Positions 1 through 12,329 of a stretch of DNA of 64,000 nucleotides are shown here, in pieces. Each line of letters opens with the position of its first letter. Positions within the stretch are counted from its first letter, which is position 1. The stretch spans positions 81,902,001-81,966,000 of the forward strand of contig NC_043001.1 of assembly GCF_006345805.1 (NCBI RefSeq), read 5' to 3'. The position numbers and the translations under genes are program-made. Source of the stretch: Octopus sinensis. Lineage: Eukaryota. The notes under the pieces were generated by a model. The model was not told the origin of the DNA. It did not search any database and saw nothing but the letters and a program-made list of their open reading frames with translations.

Positions 1-45
1 TCCCTACTTATTTATCTATATACCATAAAGTCTATCTCTCTCTGA

Positions 46-830
46 GTCTAACATACACCTCTTCTCTCTCTCTCTCAGCCTAACATACACATCTCCCTCC
101 TTCCCTATCTATCAATCTATCTATATATCATAAAGTCTCTCTTCAAGTCTAACATACACCTCTTCTCTCTCTCTCTCTCTCTCTCAGCCTAACATACACA
201 TCTCCCTCCCTCCCTATCTATCAATCTATCTATATATCATAAAGTCTCTCTTCAAGTCTAACATACACCTCTTCTCTCTCTCTCTCTTTCTGAGTAACAT
301 ACACCACACCTCTTTCCCTCTCTCTTTCCCCTCTTTCTTTCTATGACAGTATGTCTTTCCTTATGTCCCACTTACCTCATTTCTCTCTTTCTCTCTCTCT
401 CTACCACATCTCCCCATCTCCTACCACCACCACCTCCACCACAACAGCTGATAGTTTATTAGTCTTACAATATCACTGATGTAAAAAGAAAAAGACACAT
501 AGCTGTCGAGGACACACTACACTGCACATCAGTTATTATTTCATGCTCTGGAACACACACAGCTGTGGCTGAAAGCTCACTATTACACATACTATATATT
601 CTATAGCTTCTGATACCACCACCACCACATACTACTATTACACATACTATATATTCTATAGCTTCTGATACTGCCACCACCCTCTACTACAACTATTACA
701 CACTATATATTTTATAGCTTCTGATACCACCACCACTACTACTTCTACTACTACTACTACACATACTATATATTCTATAGCTTCTGATACCGCCACCACC
801 ACCACAACTACTACTACTACTACTACAACT
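46..830. repeat. Two minisatellites (~105-bp unit x2.5 at 46-300; ~55-65-bp unit x5 at 540-830)
   Basis: Repeated TAACATACACCTCTTC... and TATTACACATACTATATATTCTATAGCTTCTGATAC units. Confidence 0.85.
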
Positions 831-1734
831 ACTACACATACTTATATACTATAGCAGCTGCTGCTAATACTACATACACACACAGATATACTACAGCTAC
901 TGCTACTACTATTACTACACGATAACTATGGCTGGTACTACTACTATTGCTACTACACACACAGTTACTATAGCTGTTGTTGCTGTTGCTGCTACTACTA
1001 CTACTACTACTACTACAAATATACACCATGGCTGCTTCCACAACTACTTCATGTATATATTTATCTATACTATAGCTGCTACACACATATACACACACAT
1101 ACTTATCTATACACACACACATATCTATACACATACATATCTATACACATACACATATCTATACACACACACATACATATCTATACACATACACATATCT
1201 ATACACACACACATACATATCTATACACACACGCACACACTCATACACACACACATGTACATCATATATACACACATACACACATTATAGCTACTACCTG
1301 TACTCTACAAACTGCTGAGGTAACAAACCAAGAGAGTCACTTAAGCGTGGGATGGAATGCTATGCTGCATTTGTTCCGGCTCCATACGTTCCGAGTTCAA
1401 ATACCAACTTTACCTTTTAGCCATTCTTTCAAGGTTGATAAAATACAGCACCAAACAACCCGGAGCAGCAGACTGACAGAATTGTTAAAACATTGGATGA
1501 AATGCCTTGTGGTATTCGTTCCAGCTTTTTTACATTGTGAGTTAGTAAGTGGCAGCCTTAACTGCGAGTTCAAACCAGCAACCCTGCCTTGAGGACCCGA
1601 CCTCACATCAAAATATCTTATCAAGCTACATCATCATAATCATCATTTAAAGTGTATCTTCCATGCTGGCATGGGTGGGACCGTTTGACAGAGAGTCCGC
1701 AGGTTCAAGGCACTCCAATCTTTTATCTTTTATT

Positions 1735-2290
1735 CGTTTCAGTCATTGGACTGTGGCCATGCTGCAACACTGCCTTAGAAAATTTTGGTAAAATGAATCG
1801 ACTCCAGTACTTACTTTTTTAAACAACTGGTACTTATTCTATCGGTCTCTTTTGCTGAACCACTAAGTTATGAGGACATAACACACCAATACCAGTTGTC
1901 AAGCAGTGGATGGGGGAAATTACAGACAAAGACACACACACATAGACATCATATATACTTTTCTACTCTAGGCACAAGACCAGAAATTTTGGGAGAGGGG
2001 GCAAGTCAATTAGATCGACCCCAGTACACAACTGGTACTTAATTTATCGACCCTGAAAGGATGATAGGCAAAGTCAACCTCAGCGGGATTTGAACTCAGA
2101 ATGTAAAGACAGATGAAATACCGCTAAGCATTTTGACCAGTGTGCTAATGTTTCTGCCAGCTCGCTGCCTAATATAGACTTTGGTCAGCCCAGAGCTATT
2201 GTAGAAAAGATTTGCCTAAGGTGCCACACAGAGGGACTGAACAAGAAACCATGAATTTGGGAAGTAAACTGCTTACCACACAACCATACC
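1735..2290 (-). mobile_element. Older SINE A with nested SINE B (about 1960-2170)
   Basis: The A tail and A head are separated by a family-B body. Further decayed or partial A copies lie near 3.2, 8.4-9.2, 18.1, 20.4, 21.9, 27.5, 28.1, 29.3, 31.3, 39.1, 40.6 and 61.1 kb. Confidence 0.7.
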
Positions 2291-2369
2291 CCTTGGCTGT
2301 CTGTACATATAGGAATGTCCTCTATGACCCTCTTTCAGCTGAAAGATCCTAGTTTTTGTGGACTCATGG

Positions 2370-2750
2370 AAGCTTGTGCCAATTAAAAGCACATGTGCCG
2401 GTGCCTCATTACAGGTGCTCATGCTGGTGCCACGTAAAAGCACCCGTGTCGGTGCCACGTAAAAGCACTCATGCTGGTGCCATGTAAAAATACCCATGCC
2501 AGTATCAGGTAAGAGTGCCCGAGCTGGTGCCACGTAGAAGCACCTGTGTCGGTGTCAGGTAAGAGCACATGTGCCAGTACCACATTAAAAGCACACGACA
2601 CACACACTGTAAAGTGGTTGGTGTTAGGAAGGGCATCCAGCTGGAGAAACCGTGCCAAAACAGACAAAATGGGGCCCAGCTGGTCAACTCCCGACAAACC
2701 ACTCAACCCATGCCAGCATAGAGAACAGACGTTAAATGATGATGATGATG
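2370..2750 (+). mobile_element. Repeat family D: probable RTE 3' UTR or RTE-mobilised SINE; also at about 6110-6430 and 13345-13750
   Basis: Variable tandem TGGTGCCACGTAAAAGCAC units, GTGGTTGGTGTTAGGAAGGGCATCCAGC core, (TGA)n tail. Confidence 0.6.
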
Positions 2751-4422
2751 ATCACACGTACACACACAAATATACATACACTCTATTCATTTTAACATCC
2801 ACTTTTTCATGCTTGAATGAGTTAGAATTTATCAAGACAGATTTCTTTTTTACAGTTATACACATATATATATATACATATATATACATAAAAAGGGAAG
2901 TTAATGATTGGATCAAAGTGGACTGAGCTGTGAAACATTTACATCATCAAAGTAACTGGGTCATACAGTGTTACCAGATCTACTGTGTCATAACTATTCA
3001 TACATACTTTAATCCTAACGTTGGTTTTAAAGTCTGGTTCTCTTCCTGAGGTTAATTTAAAAACCAGAAAAAGAACCTATTTGACTTGTTACCAAGCTTT
3101 TTTCTTTGAAAATGAACCCCTTTGTGACCATAATTCTACAGAGCTACAAATGTTTTAAATTAAGAAGAATTTAGTAAAATGATTTTGTTGTTGTTAAACT
3201 GGTGTTTGAAGCATACATTAACGTTCTTTCTTTCTTTACTTGTTTCAGTCATTTGACTGCGGCCATGCTGGAGCACTGCCTTTAGTCGAATCAAATCGAC
3301 TCCAAGATTTATTCTTTGTAAGCCTAGTATTTATTCTGTCGGTCTCTTTTTGCCGAACCGCTAAGTTACAGGGACCTAAGCATTGGTTGTCAAGCGATGT
3401 TGGGGGGGGGGGACAAACAAAGATACACAACACACACACACATATATATACATGGTGCCACATACGTGAGTGTATGTGTGAGTCATTGTGTCGCATTGTC
3501 TTGACATTACATCTTTTAAATCAGTATCACTGTTATGAAACAGTATTATTTTTGTTTCCAATTTTCCATGGAAACATACATGGCCATACAGAAATATAAC
3601 CTTGCTTGGAAACAAGAGAGGGTTAGCAACAGGAAGGGCATCCAACTGCAGGGAATCTGCCTCAATGAATTTCAACCCATAGAAGCAAAATAAAGTAGCT
3701 GTTAATACAACAGTTGTAGTGGTGGTGGTTGTGGTACTCCACAATGCAATCAGTTAAAAAGAGTAAATAAATGACTCTAGTCCCAACACCAAACCGACTC
3801 TGGAGCCTGCCTCCATGTAGTTGTTTTCTGTCTCAAATTGTTATTTATTATACCCAATGTTAGTTTATTAAGTTTATTTCTAAAGAGACAAAAAAATAAA
3901 AATATTGGAAAATACAAAAGATTTCCCTGGAATTGCCATAAATCATTTCGGAATGGTTTACTGTCATTCGGAGAGAGACAGACAGACAGACGGACAGAGA
4001 GACCAGCTGCAGTCAGGGGCAGCTAGAAAGTTCATATTCAGTAGTAGTAGTAGTAGTAGTAGTAGTTGTTGTTGTTGTTGTTGCAGCTGTTGTTTAGCTC
4101 TAAGCCAGTTCTGGCTAAGTAGATATATGACCAAACACTTCTAGTCATGACCACCCTATCCCATATTTGACATGCAAGTAACCCAAGAACTCTCAACTAA
4201 CATACCTCCAACTTTTTTTCTTTCTTTCTTTTAAGACAGCAGAAATGCAACATCAGCAATATTCAGCTGGTATTTCTAGCAAATAAGTGACAGTAGTAGT
4301 GCGGGTTGTTTTCTTATCCCCTCACTGTGCAGAGAGAAACTACAAGAAACTTACCACACACCACAGAGACTGCAGAAATGGGTATATAATAAACTAACTT
4401 GTGTAGATGGTACCCAATTATG

Positions 4423-4653
4423 AAGGCAGCGAGCTGGCAGAAACGTTAGCATGCATGGCGAAATGCTTAGCAGTATTTCGTCTGCTGCTACGTTCTGAGT
4501 TCAAATTCTGCCGAGGTCGACTTTGCCTTTCATCCTTTCGGGGTCGATTAAATAAGTACCAGTTACACATGGGGGTTGATATAATCGACTTAATCCATTT
4601 GTCCTTGTTTGTCCCTTCTGTGTTTAGCCCCTTGTGTGCAGTAAAGAAATAGG
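4423..4653 (+). mobile_element. SINE family B (Meta-domain-like)
   Basis: AAGGC(A/G)GCGAGCTGGCAGAA head, GAGTTCAAATT B-box, GCCTTTCATCCTTTCGGGGTCGAT..AAGTACCAG centre. Confidence 0.8.
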
Positions 4654-4698
4654 TACCTAATTAGTCATTCAAAACATACAGAGACTTAATTTCACTCA

Positions 4699-5635
4699 AA
4701 CCTTTAGCTTTCAGATTATTTTGTCCAATGCAATATTTATTTACTTGTATTCTTTTGAATTAAATATACATTATTTCACAGCTTCAAGATTTCTATAAAG
4801 TGATTGCTTATTTTCAAGATGACATAGCAGGGTAAGTATGAAAGGCCAGATCTGGTTGGTTTGAACATAAAATGGCTAGAATACTTGAACCGGATATGGC
4901 CAGTTTAACTCTGTAGCATTCAGGTTATACTGTAAAACATAATGCTTATTTATTCACATTGTTTGGAATTACTCATGCATTATTTCCTAGCTTCAATATT
5001 TCTATGATGTGATTAATCATTTCTAAAATGACATGGTAGGGTAGGTGTGAAAGGCCAGACTTGACTGGTTTGAACATAAAACAGGAAATATATCTGAGCC
5101 AGATTTGGCCAGTTTAAGTCTTTAGCATTCAGATTACTTATTCAACTGTAATACTTATATATTTGCATAGTTTAAAATGAGTCATGTAAGGATGTGATTA
5201 TTTATTTCTGGATGACATTGTGGGTTAAGTGGAAAAGACCAAATCTGGCTGGTTTGAACAGAGAACATTTTAGAATATCCTGAGACCCCCTTCGGTCATA
5301 ACACTGACCATGGGACTGCACCTAGAAAATTACCCTCCCAGGCACAAGTCCGGGCAAGGTTGTTTATGGAAGACCAGCAGTCCGCCCATGCATACTGGCC
5401 TCTCCTCTCCATGCCACCAATGTTATCCAAGGGAAAGGCAAAGGCTGATATACCTTGGCACCTGTGACGTCGCAACTCATTTCTACGGCTGAGTAAACTG
5501 GAGTAACGTGAAATAAAGTGTCTTGCTCAAGAACACAACACACAGCCCGGTCCGGGATTCAAGCTTACAACCTCACGATCGTAAGCTCGACGCTGTAACC
5601 ACTGAGCCATGACTGCTTAAATGCTAAAGTGTTAA
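4699..5635. mobile_element. piggyBac-like non-autonomous element with about 3 internal ~200-bp repeats; interrupted by a SINE
   Basis: Ends AACCTTTAGC... and ...ATGCTAAAGTGTTAA; internal repeated GATGACAT..GAAAGGCCAGA..GGTTTGAACATAAA units. Confidence 0.5.
5283..5611 (-). mobile_element. SINE family C (tRNA-derived)
   Basis: Reverse complement of 63327-63660. Confidence 0.8.
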
Positions 5636-6005
5636 ACATTTGTTATTTGGTTCCAACTTCTCAATAACCATGTCACAGCTGGTGAGACATAAGTTTTGAC
5701 ACTAAATAATAAATTTCTAAGTGAAGTTGACTGTTTTTTTGTGTTTTTCAACGGTCAACTTGTGTCTTCTATGCTGCAATTGTTTTAGTTTCAACATACC
5801 GTCTCAGATAAAATCATTTGACAGATAGACACATATCTGAAATTCTAGTATATAATAAATACTTGTTAAGATGGCAGAAAGGGGTGGGCTGGTGGAATTT
5901 CTTTCAGAATTACTATGTGGATCAGAAGGAAAATGCTGGCTGTTATTGCCAAGCTCTTGTTACATTGCTGGCAATTAAGAATGATGTACCATGCACACAC
6001 AAACA

Positions 6006-6555
6006 CAGTGTTCCTCAATCTTTTCACAGTGGCTCCCAACCCCTTTTATTTAAATGAGTTTTCCCATGGACCTCTTTTAATGTGCTTATCCTTATATATA
6101 TATATAGTTACCGCGTCGCCTTACTAGCACTTGTGCTGGTGGCATGTGAAATATTCGAGCGAGATCATCGCCAGTGCCGCTGGACTGGCTCCTGTGCAGG
6201 TGGCACGTAAAAAGCACCATTTGGGTGTGGCCGTTACCAGTACCACCAAACTGGCCCTTGTGCTGGTGGCACGTAAAAGCATCCACTACACTCTCGGAGT
6301 GGTTGGTGTTAGGAAGGGCATCCAGCTGTAGAAACTCTGCCAGATCAGATTGGAGTCTGGTTCGCCAGACCTCAGTCAAATTGTCCAACTCATGCTAGCA
6401 TGGAAAGCGGACATTAAATGATGATGATGATATATATACACACATATATTTACATATATACATATGAAATTTTGAATTTAGTTCACAGACCCCCCCCCCC
6501 AGTACTACCTTTGCAGACCACCAGGAGTTCACACACCCCAGGTTGGGAACCACTG
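6006..6555. mobile_element. hAT (Charlie-like) MITE with nested repeat
   Basis: CAGTGTTCCTCAATC ... GGTTGGGAACCACTG; flanks CACAAACA / CACTAACA (7/8, TSD-like). Confidence 0.6.
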
Positions 6556-6788
6556 CACTAACACTTGGGATTTTTTGCTTTGTTTTTTCTTTTGTTGTTG
6601 TCGTTGTTTTAAAAAATGCAATCAATCAGGATTATTTAGTTAATTCTTAAATCTTTTCTTTATCTCCCCATGATGATGATGATGATGGCTCTGTCCAGCT
6701 GTCTTGAAAATTGAAAAAATATGCAACAGAGAAAGTCAAGCAGTGGTCATGCAACCGATGTCTGATAAATTAGACTGTGTGTGTGTGA

Positions 6789-7110
6789 AGGCATGAGGCT
6801 TAGTGGTTAGGGTACTCAGCTCACAAATGTAAGGTCATGAGTTCAATTCCCGGCAGTGCATCGTGACCTTGAGCAAGACACTTTATCTCATGTTGCTCCA
6901 GTGTCTACTCAGCTGGCAAAAATGAGCTTTATCTGTATGTCAAAGGGCCAACCTTGTCCCATTCTATGTCATGCTGATTCTCCTTGATAAATGCATTAAA
7001 AATACACACGTGTCTGTGGAGTGCTCAGCCACTTGCATGTTAATTTCAGGAGCAAGCTGTTCTGCTGATCGGATCAACTGGAACCCTCGTTGTTGTAACT
7101 GACAGAATAC
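6789..7110 (+). mobile_element. SINE family C2 (C-like head, different 3' tail); inverted copy at 13820-14140
   Basis: Shared tail GTGTCTGTGG(A/C)GTGCTCAGCCACTTGCATGTTAATTTCA. Confidence 0.72.
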
Positions 7111-7572
7111 CAGCTGTGTGTGTGTGTGTGTAAATGGATTGATGTAGAATGACAGATGGAGATGAATAGGAGAGGAGGTAAGAGCAAGAGAGAGCGGCTA
7201 GGAGGGAGGGAGGCTAGGAGGGAGGGAGATAGGCTAGGAGGGAGGGAGAGAGGTTAGGAGGGAGGGAGAGAGGTTAGGAGGGAGAGAGAAGGGCTAGGAG
7301 TGAGAGGAGGATCTAGAAGTGAGAGAGAGAGAGAGAGGCTAAGAGTGAGAGGAAGGGGCTGAAATGTATGTGTAAAAGACAAAGAGGAATTGAGTGAGAG
7401 AGAGAGAGAGAGAGAGTCTGGAATGAAAGCAAAACAGAGAGAGGAGTGATGAGGTGAAAAGAAGGTAGGGAAGAAAAGAAGACCATTTAGTCTTAAGGGT
7501 CCTCCTACTTACAAGTGCATCAATTATATAACTTAACCTTTTTTATACCTGAAATAACCTTCACTAGTTTAA

Positions 7573-8016
7573 CCCTTTCGTTACTGTATTTATTTTGAGA
7601 TGCTCTGTGTTTCTTTCAATTGATTTTAATTATAACAAAGAATTTAGTAAAATAACTTAGTTATCATTCAGCTAGTGTTAGGAACATAAATTGTGACTAA
7701 GGTTTCATCATTCATCATTGTTCGACCGTGGTCGAGACAATGGAATTTACCATGCTACGCCAGACTTCACAGTCCATCATGGCATTACGGAGGTCCTGTT
7801 GCTGGATGCCTGTATCCCTGGAGATTACATCAGGGTAGGAGAGTGTGCGCCGTCTGGTATTGCGAGTAGATGGCTTCCAGAGGAGAAGAGTAGAAATTAC
7901 TTCTTTTTCAGCTCTACAACAAGGTTTGGTGGAAGATTTTAATTCAAAACTTATGAAAACAAGACATTTGTACTACAGAACCAGAGCCAGTTTCAGCCGG
8001 GTTGGTAATGAAAGTG
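7573..8016. mobile_element. piggyBac-type MITE hosting the RTE-X insertion
   Basis: TTAA|CCCTTTCGTTAC ... GTAATGAAAGTG|TTAA (12-bp TIR, 2 mismatches). Confidence 0.72.
7706..7920 (-). mobile_element. 5'-truncated RTE(-X) LINE, 215 bp, with 7-bp TSD
   Basis: CRAEKEVISTLLLWKP..RTLSYPDVISRDTG..DLRNAMMDCEVWRSMV..** plus a TGA-rich tail. Flanked by AAGGTTT at 7699-7705 and 7921-7927. Confidence 0.88.
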
Positions 8017-8151
8017 TTAATAAACTTCCCTTTTTTAATGTGATCTAAATTAAAAGCTTCTCTTCAAAATTTCCCGTCATTTCACTTTCCTAACACCAGG
8101 TTAATAATAATAATATTTTACTTATGTCTTTATCTTTCAGTTATTTTAATC

Positions 8152-8414
8152 CAGCGCTGTGGAGTTGGAGTCAGAAGCAATTAAGGGGTAGCTGGAGTCA
8201 GAGACAGTAAAACTATACGGACTCCAACTCACAATATATTTATTCTTTAATATAAACCAGTTATAATGTATAGGCCTACTCAAAGTACAAGTGTACGCAT
8301 ATGCTTTATGAGATATGTAGATCACAATCAGTTACATAAAGAAAAGTCGGAGTCAGAGGGGTAAATATTAGAGGAGTCAGAGTCAAAGTTTTTTGTTTCG
8401 ACTCCATAGCCCTG
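8152..8414. mobile_element. hAT-type MITE with GGAGTC subterminal repeats
   Basis: TIRs CAGCGCTGTGGAGT / ACTCCATAGCCCTG; flanks TTTTAATC / TTTTTATC (7/8). Confidence 0.7.
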
Positions 8415-8966
8415 TTTTTATCATTGGACTATGGTCGTGCTGGGGCAACACCTTGAAGGGTTTATGATATGAACTGACACTAACACTTGCATTTTTCTTT
8501 TTTGTTTCTTAAAGCCTGGTACTTATTTCATTGGATTCTTTTGCAAAACCAATAAGTTATGGGGACATAAACAAACCAACACAGACACACAGATTCTTTT
8601 ATTTGTTTATTTGTTACAGTCATCTGACTGCGGCCATGCTGGAGCACCCATCTTGAGTTTTAGCCAAATGGACTCCAGGATTTATTTTTTTTAAACCCAA
8701 ATCTTATTCTATCAATCTCTTTTGCCGAACCGCTAAGTTACAGGAAACTTAAACGCACGAACAATAGTTGTCAAGTGATAATGGGTGGGGAGGACAAACA
8801 CAGGTTCACACACACTTAGATAAATACATAGATATATACTAGTGTAGCTAGTTAGGGGCAGTCCACTCTGGGTCTTTTGGGTCTGCTGTAGGCAATGTGT
8901 TTTTTGTGGGGTCCAAATGGTGGCAAATGGAAGGGCTGCACTGGGTGGCACACACTATCTATGCTA

Positions 8967-9009
<43 letters not shown>

Positions 9010-9719
9010 GATAGATAGATAGAGAGAGAGAGTGATGATGGACTTCTTTCAGTTTCCATCTAATAAATCCACTCCCAAAGCTTTGGTTGGGCTGAGGTTA
9101 TGGTAGAAGACACTTGCCCAAGGTACCATGCAGTGGGACTGAACCCGGAACCATGTGGTTAGGAAGCAGGCTTCTTACCATGGCATGGCTGTGTAGTAAA
9201 GAAGTTTGCTTTCCAACCATATGGTCTCAGGTTCAATCCCAATGCATGGCACCACTGCCATGAAATAATTCAAACTTGATCAATTTTATGGTCCCGAAGT
9301 AAAAGCCAAGAGTTTGGGAAGCAGTTTTGGTGAGGCCACCTTTCTGTAAAAGCTCAAGGTGTCATGCATGCTCTGGGACCTGGAAGCGCATGGTTAGGGA
9401 GAATACTTCTTAACCACACAGCCATGCCGGCACATATGCGTGTGTATGTGTATACATAGACACACATATCTATATATATATATGCATGCATACACACACA
9501 TGCATATGCTTACATACATGTATATATGTAGATACACAAATACATACACACACACATACATACATACATACATACATACATACATACATACATACATTAT
9601 AAACGGTCTTGACTCCACTTATGCAGATATTCTAACAATTATTTGGAGTAAGTTAATTTGACTCCAATCGAAAATTCTGGTACCGTACGCCACTTCTCGT
9701 AACACAAAAGAAAGAACGA

Positions 9720-9724
9720 AAGAG

Positions 9725-9761
<37 letters not shown>

Positions 9762-9813
9762 AAAATAGATAGATAGATAGATAGATAGATAGGTAGATAG
9801 GTAGATAGATAGG

Positions 9814-9844
<31 letters not shown>

Positions 9845-9849
9845 GTAGG

Positions 9850-9924
<75 letters not shown>

Positions 9925-9937
9925 GTAGATAGATAGG

Positions 9938-9968
<31 letters not shown>

Positions 9969-10017
9969 GTAGATAGATAGGTAGATAGATAGGTAGATAG
10001 ATAGGTAGATAGATAGG

Positions 10018-10050
<33 letters not shown>
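9720..10050. repeat. (AAAG)n/(AGAT)n/(AGAC)n compound microsatellite
   Basis: Direct reading. Confidence 0.95.
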
Positions 10051-10051
<1 letters not shown>

Positions 10052-10158
10052 ACGATAAACCTACCACTTGCACAAGTTTCAACCAAATTAAAATAAACGT
10101 GCCAGGATTAGAAAGAAACAAAAAAAGAAAAGAAAGAAGTTTCTTTTGCAATTTTATT

Positions 10159-10559
10159 ACTCTTTTTACTTGTTTCAGTCATTTGACTGCGGCCATGCTG
10201 GAGCACCGCCTTTAGTCGAGCAAATCGACCCCGGCACTTATTCTTTGTAAGCCCAGTACTTATTCTATCGGTCTCTTTTGCCGAACCGCTAAGTTACGGG
10301 GACGTAAACACACCAGCATCGGTTGTCAAGCAATGCTAGGGGAACAAACACAGACACACAAACATATTCGCACACACTTATATATATATACATATATACG
10401 ACAGGCTTCTCAGTTTCCGTCTACCAAATCCACTCACAAGGCATTGGTCGGCCCGGGGCTATAGCAGAAGACACGTGCCCAAGATGCCACGCAGTGGGAC
10501 TGAACCCAGAACCATGTGGTTGGTTAGCAAGCTACTTACCAAACAGCCACTCCTGCGCC
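10159..10559 (-). mobile_element. SINE family A (tRNA-like head, CORE-like centre, internal microsatellite), young full-length copy
   Basis: A/B-box-like TGGCTGT..GGTAAG and GGGTTCAGTCCC, CTTGGGCA..TGTCTTC core, tail ...ATGACTGAAACAAGTAAAA. Confidence 0.85.
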
Positions 10560-10986
10560 TAAAATATTACTATTAAAGCAATGAGCAATGACACCAGGTA
10601 ATATAGACAGTCAGACAGATTATGTCAGGACGAACAAAGAAATAGATTGTTACATATAGATATATACAGCGAATAAATATCAACAGCTAGAGAAATATGA
10701 GAAGTGAAAAACAAAAGAAAAGTGAAAATGTTGAGAAAAAAATCAAGAAATTATAACAAGATTGAAATTTAAAGAAGAAAGAAGAAGCAAAAAATCGAAA
10801 GAAACGAAGTGAGATATGATACGATGTTGTTTACAAAATAGAAAACGAGTGATTCAGCAAAACAAAACAGGATAATGTAACAAGTACATAAGATCAGTGT
10901 ACCGTGAACGAACCAATGAGAACTTCTATGTGGCTGTTGAACTTGCTAGAAATAACAGTAGAATTTCCTTTAAATTATGTCACATA

Positions 10987-11428
10987 GGCGTAGGAGTGGC
11001 TGTGTGGTAAGTAGCTTGCTTACCAACCACATAGTTCCGGGTTCAGTCCCACTGCGTGACGCCTTGGCAAGTGTCTTCTACTATAAGCCTCGGGCCGACC
11101 AAAGCCTTGTGAGTGTATTTGGTAGACGGAAACTGTAAGAAGCCCGTCATATATATGTATGTATGTATGTATGTATGCATGTATATATATATATATATAT
11201 ATGGGGGTGTGTGTATGTATATATATATGGGGGGGGGTGTATGTTTGACAACCGATGCTTGTGTGTTTACGTACCAGTAACTTAGCGATTCGGCAAAACA
11301 GACCGATAGAATAAGTACTAGGCTTACAAAGAACAAATCCTGGGGTCGATTTGCTCGACTAAAGGCGGTGCTCCAGCATAGCCACAATCACATGACTGAA
11401 ACAATTAAAAGTGCAAAAGAGTAAAGAG
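10987..11428 (+). mobile_element. SINE family A, full-length
   Basis: Reverse complement of the flanking copies. Confidence 0.85.
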
Positions 11429-11467
11429 TTTTGTGTGACACACATGCACACACAATATATATTTATA

Positions 11468-11590
11468 ATCAAGGGTACAAGTACAAGCGTTGCTAGAAAT
11501 AAGAGTCGAAATATACTCAAATAAGCTACAATATCACTAAATTTACAGTGATACTGTGGCTTATTTGAGTATGGTACTTGTACCCTTGAT
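11468..11590. mobile_element. Hairpin MITE, copy 1 (deletion in right arm)
   Basis: ATCAAGGGTACAAGTAC / GTACTTGTACCCTTGAT ends and an inner palindrome; TA-rich flanks. Confidence 0.7.
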
Positions 11591-11644
11591 TTTATATGTG
11601 TGTATATATATATATATATGTGTGTGTATATATATATATATATT

Positions 11645-11854
11645 CTCTTTTTACTCTTTTACTCGTTTCAGTCATTTGACTGCGGCCATGCTGGAGCACC
11701 GCCTTTAGTCGAGCAAATCAACCCCGGGACTTATTCTTTGTAAGCCCAGTACTTATTCTATCAGTCTCTTTTGCCGAACCGCTAAGTTACGGGGACGTAA
11801 ACACACCAGCATCGGTTGTCAAGCAATGCTAGGGGGACAAACACAGACACACAA

Positions 11855-11897
<43 letters not shown>

Positions 11898-12050
11898 TAC
11901 GACAGGCTTCTTTCAGTTTCCGTCTACCAAATCCACTCACAAGGTATTGGTCGGCCCGGGGCCATAGCAGAAGACACTTGCCCAAGATGCCATGCAGTGG
12001 GACTGAACCCGGAACCATGTGGTTGGTTAGCAAGCTACTTACCACACAGC
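11645..12050 (-). mobile_element. SINE family A, near full-length
   Basis: Near-identical to 10159-10559. Confidence 0.85.
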
Positions 12051-12329
12051 TAGACTTTACTTTAAAAACGGGGGGGGGAAAGAAAAGTACTGGGGTGCCC
12101 CAGCATGGCCATTATCTAATAATTGAAACAAGTAAAAAAAAAAAAAAATACACACACACAGACACACACAAACATATGGTCCTCTTGCAGTTTCCATCAA
12201 CCAAATTCCTTCGCATGCCATTAGTTGTCTCAGAGAGTCATTGTGACAGCATTTACGTTTCACTGCTACCATGATAACCAAATTTATTTCATTAAGTATA
12301 AGTTTGAAAGCTGAATCAATGGAGAGGAA

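Noticed and set aside
6695-6725. Caskin exon 2 candidate (minus strand reads NFQD)
   Set aside because: The context is AYFFNFQDSWTE, lacking LLG..LNIN and DG, with no suitable donor.
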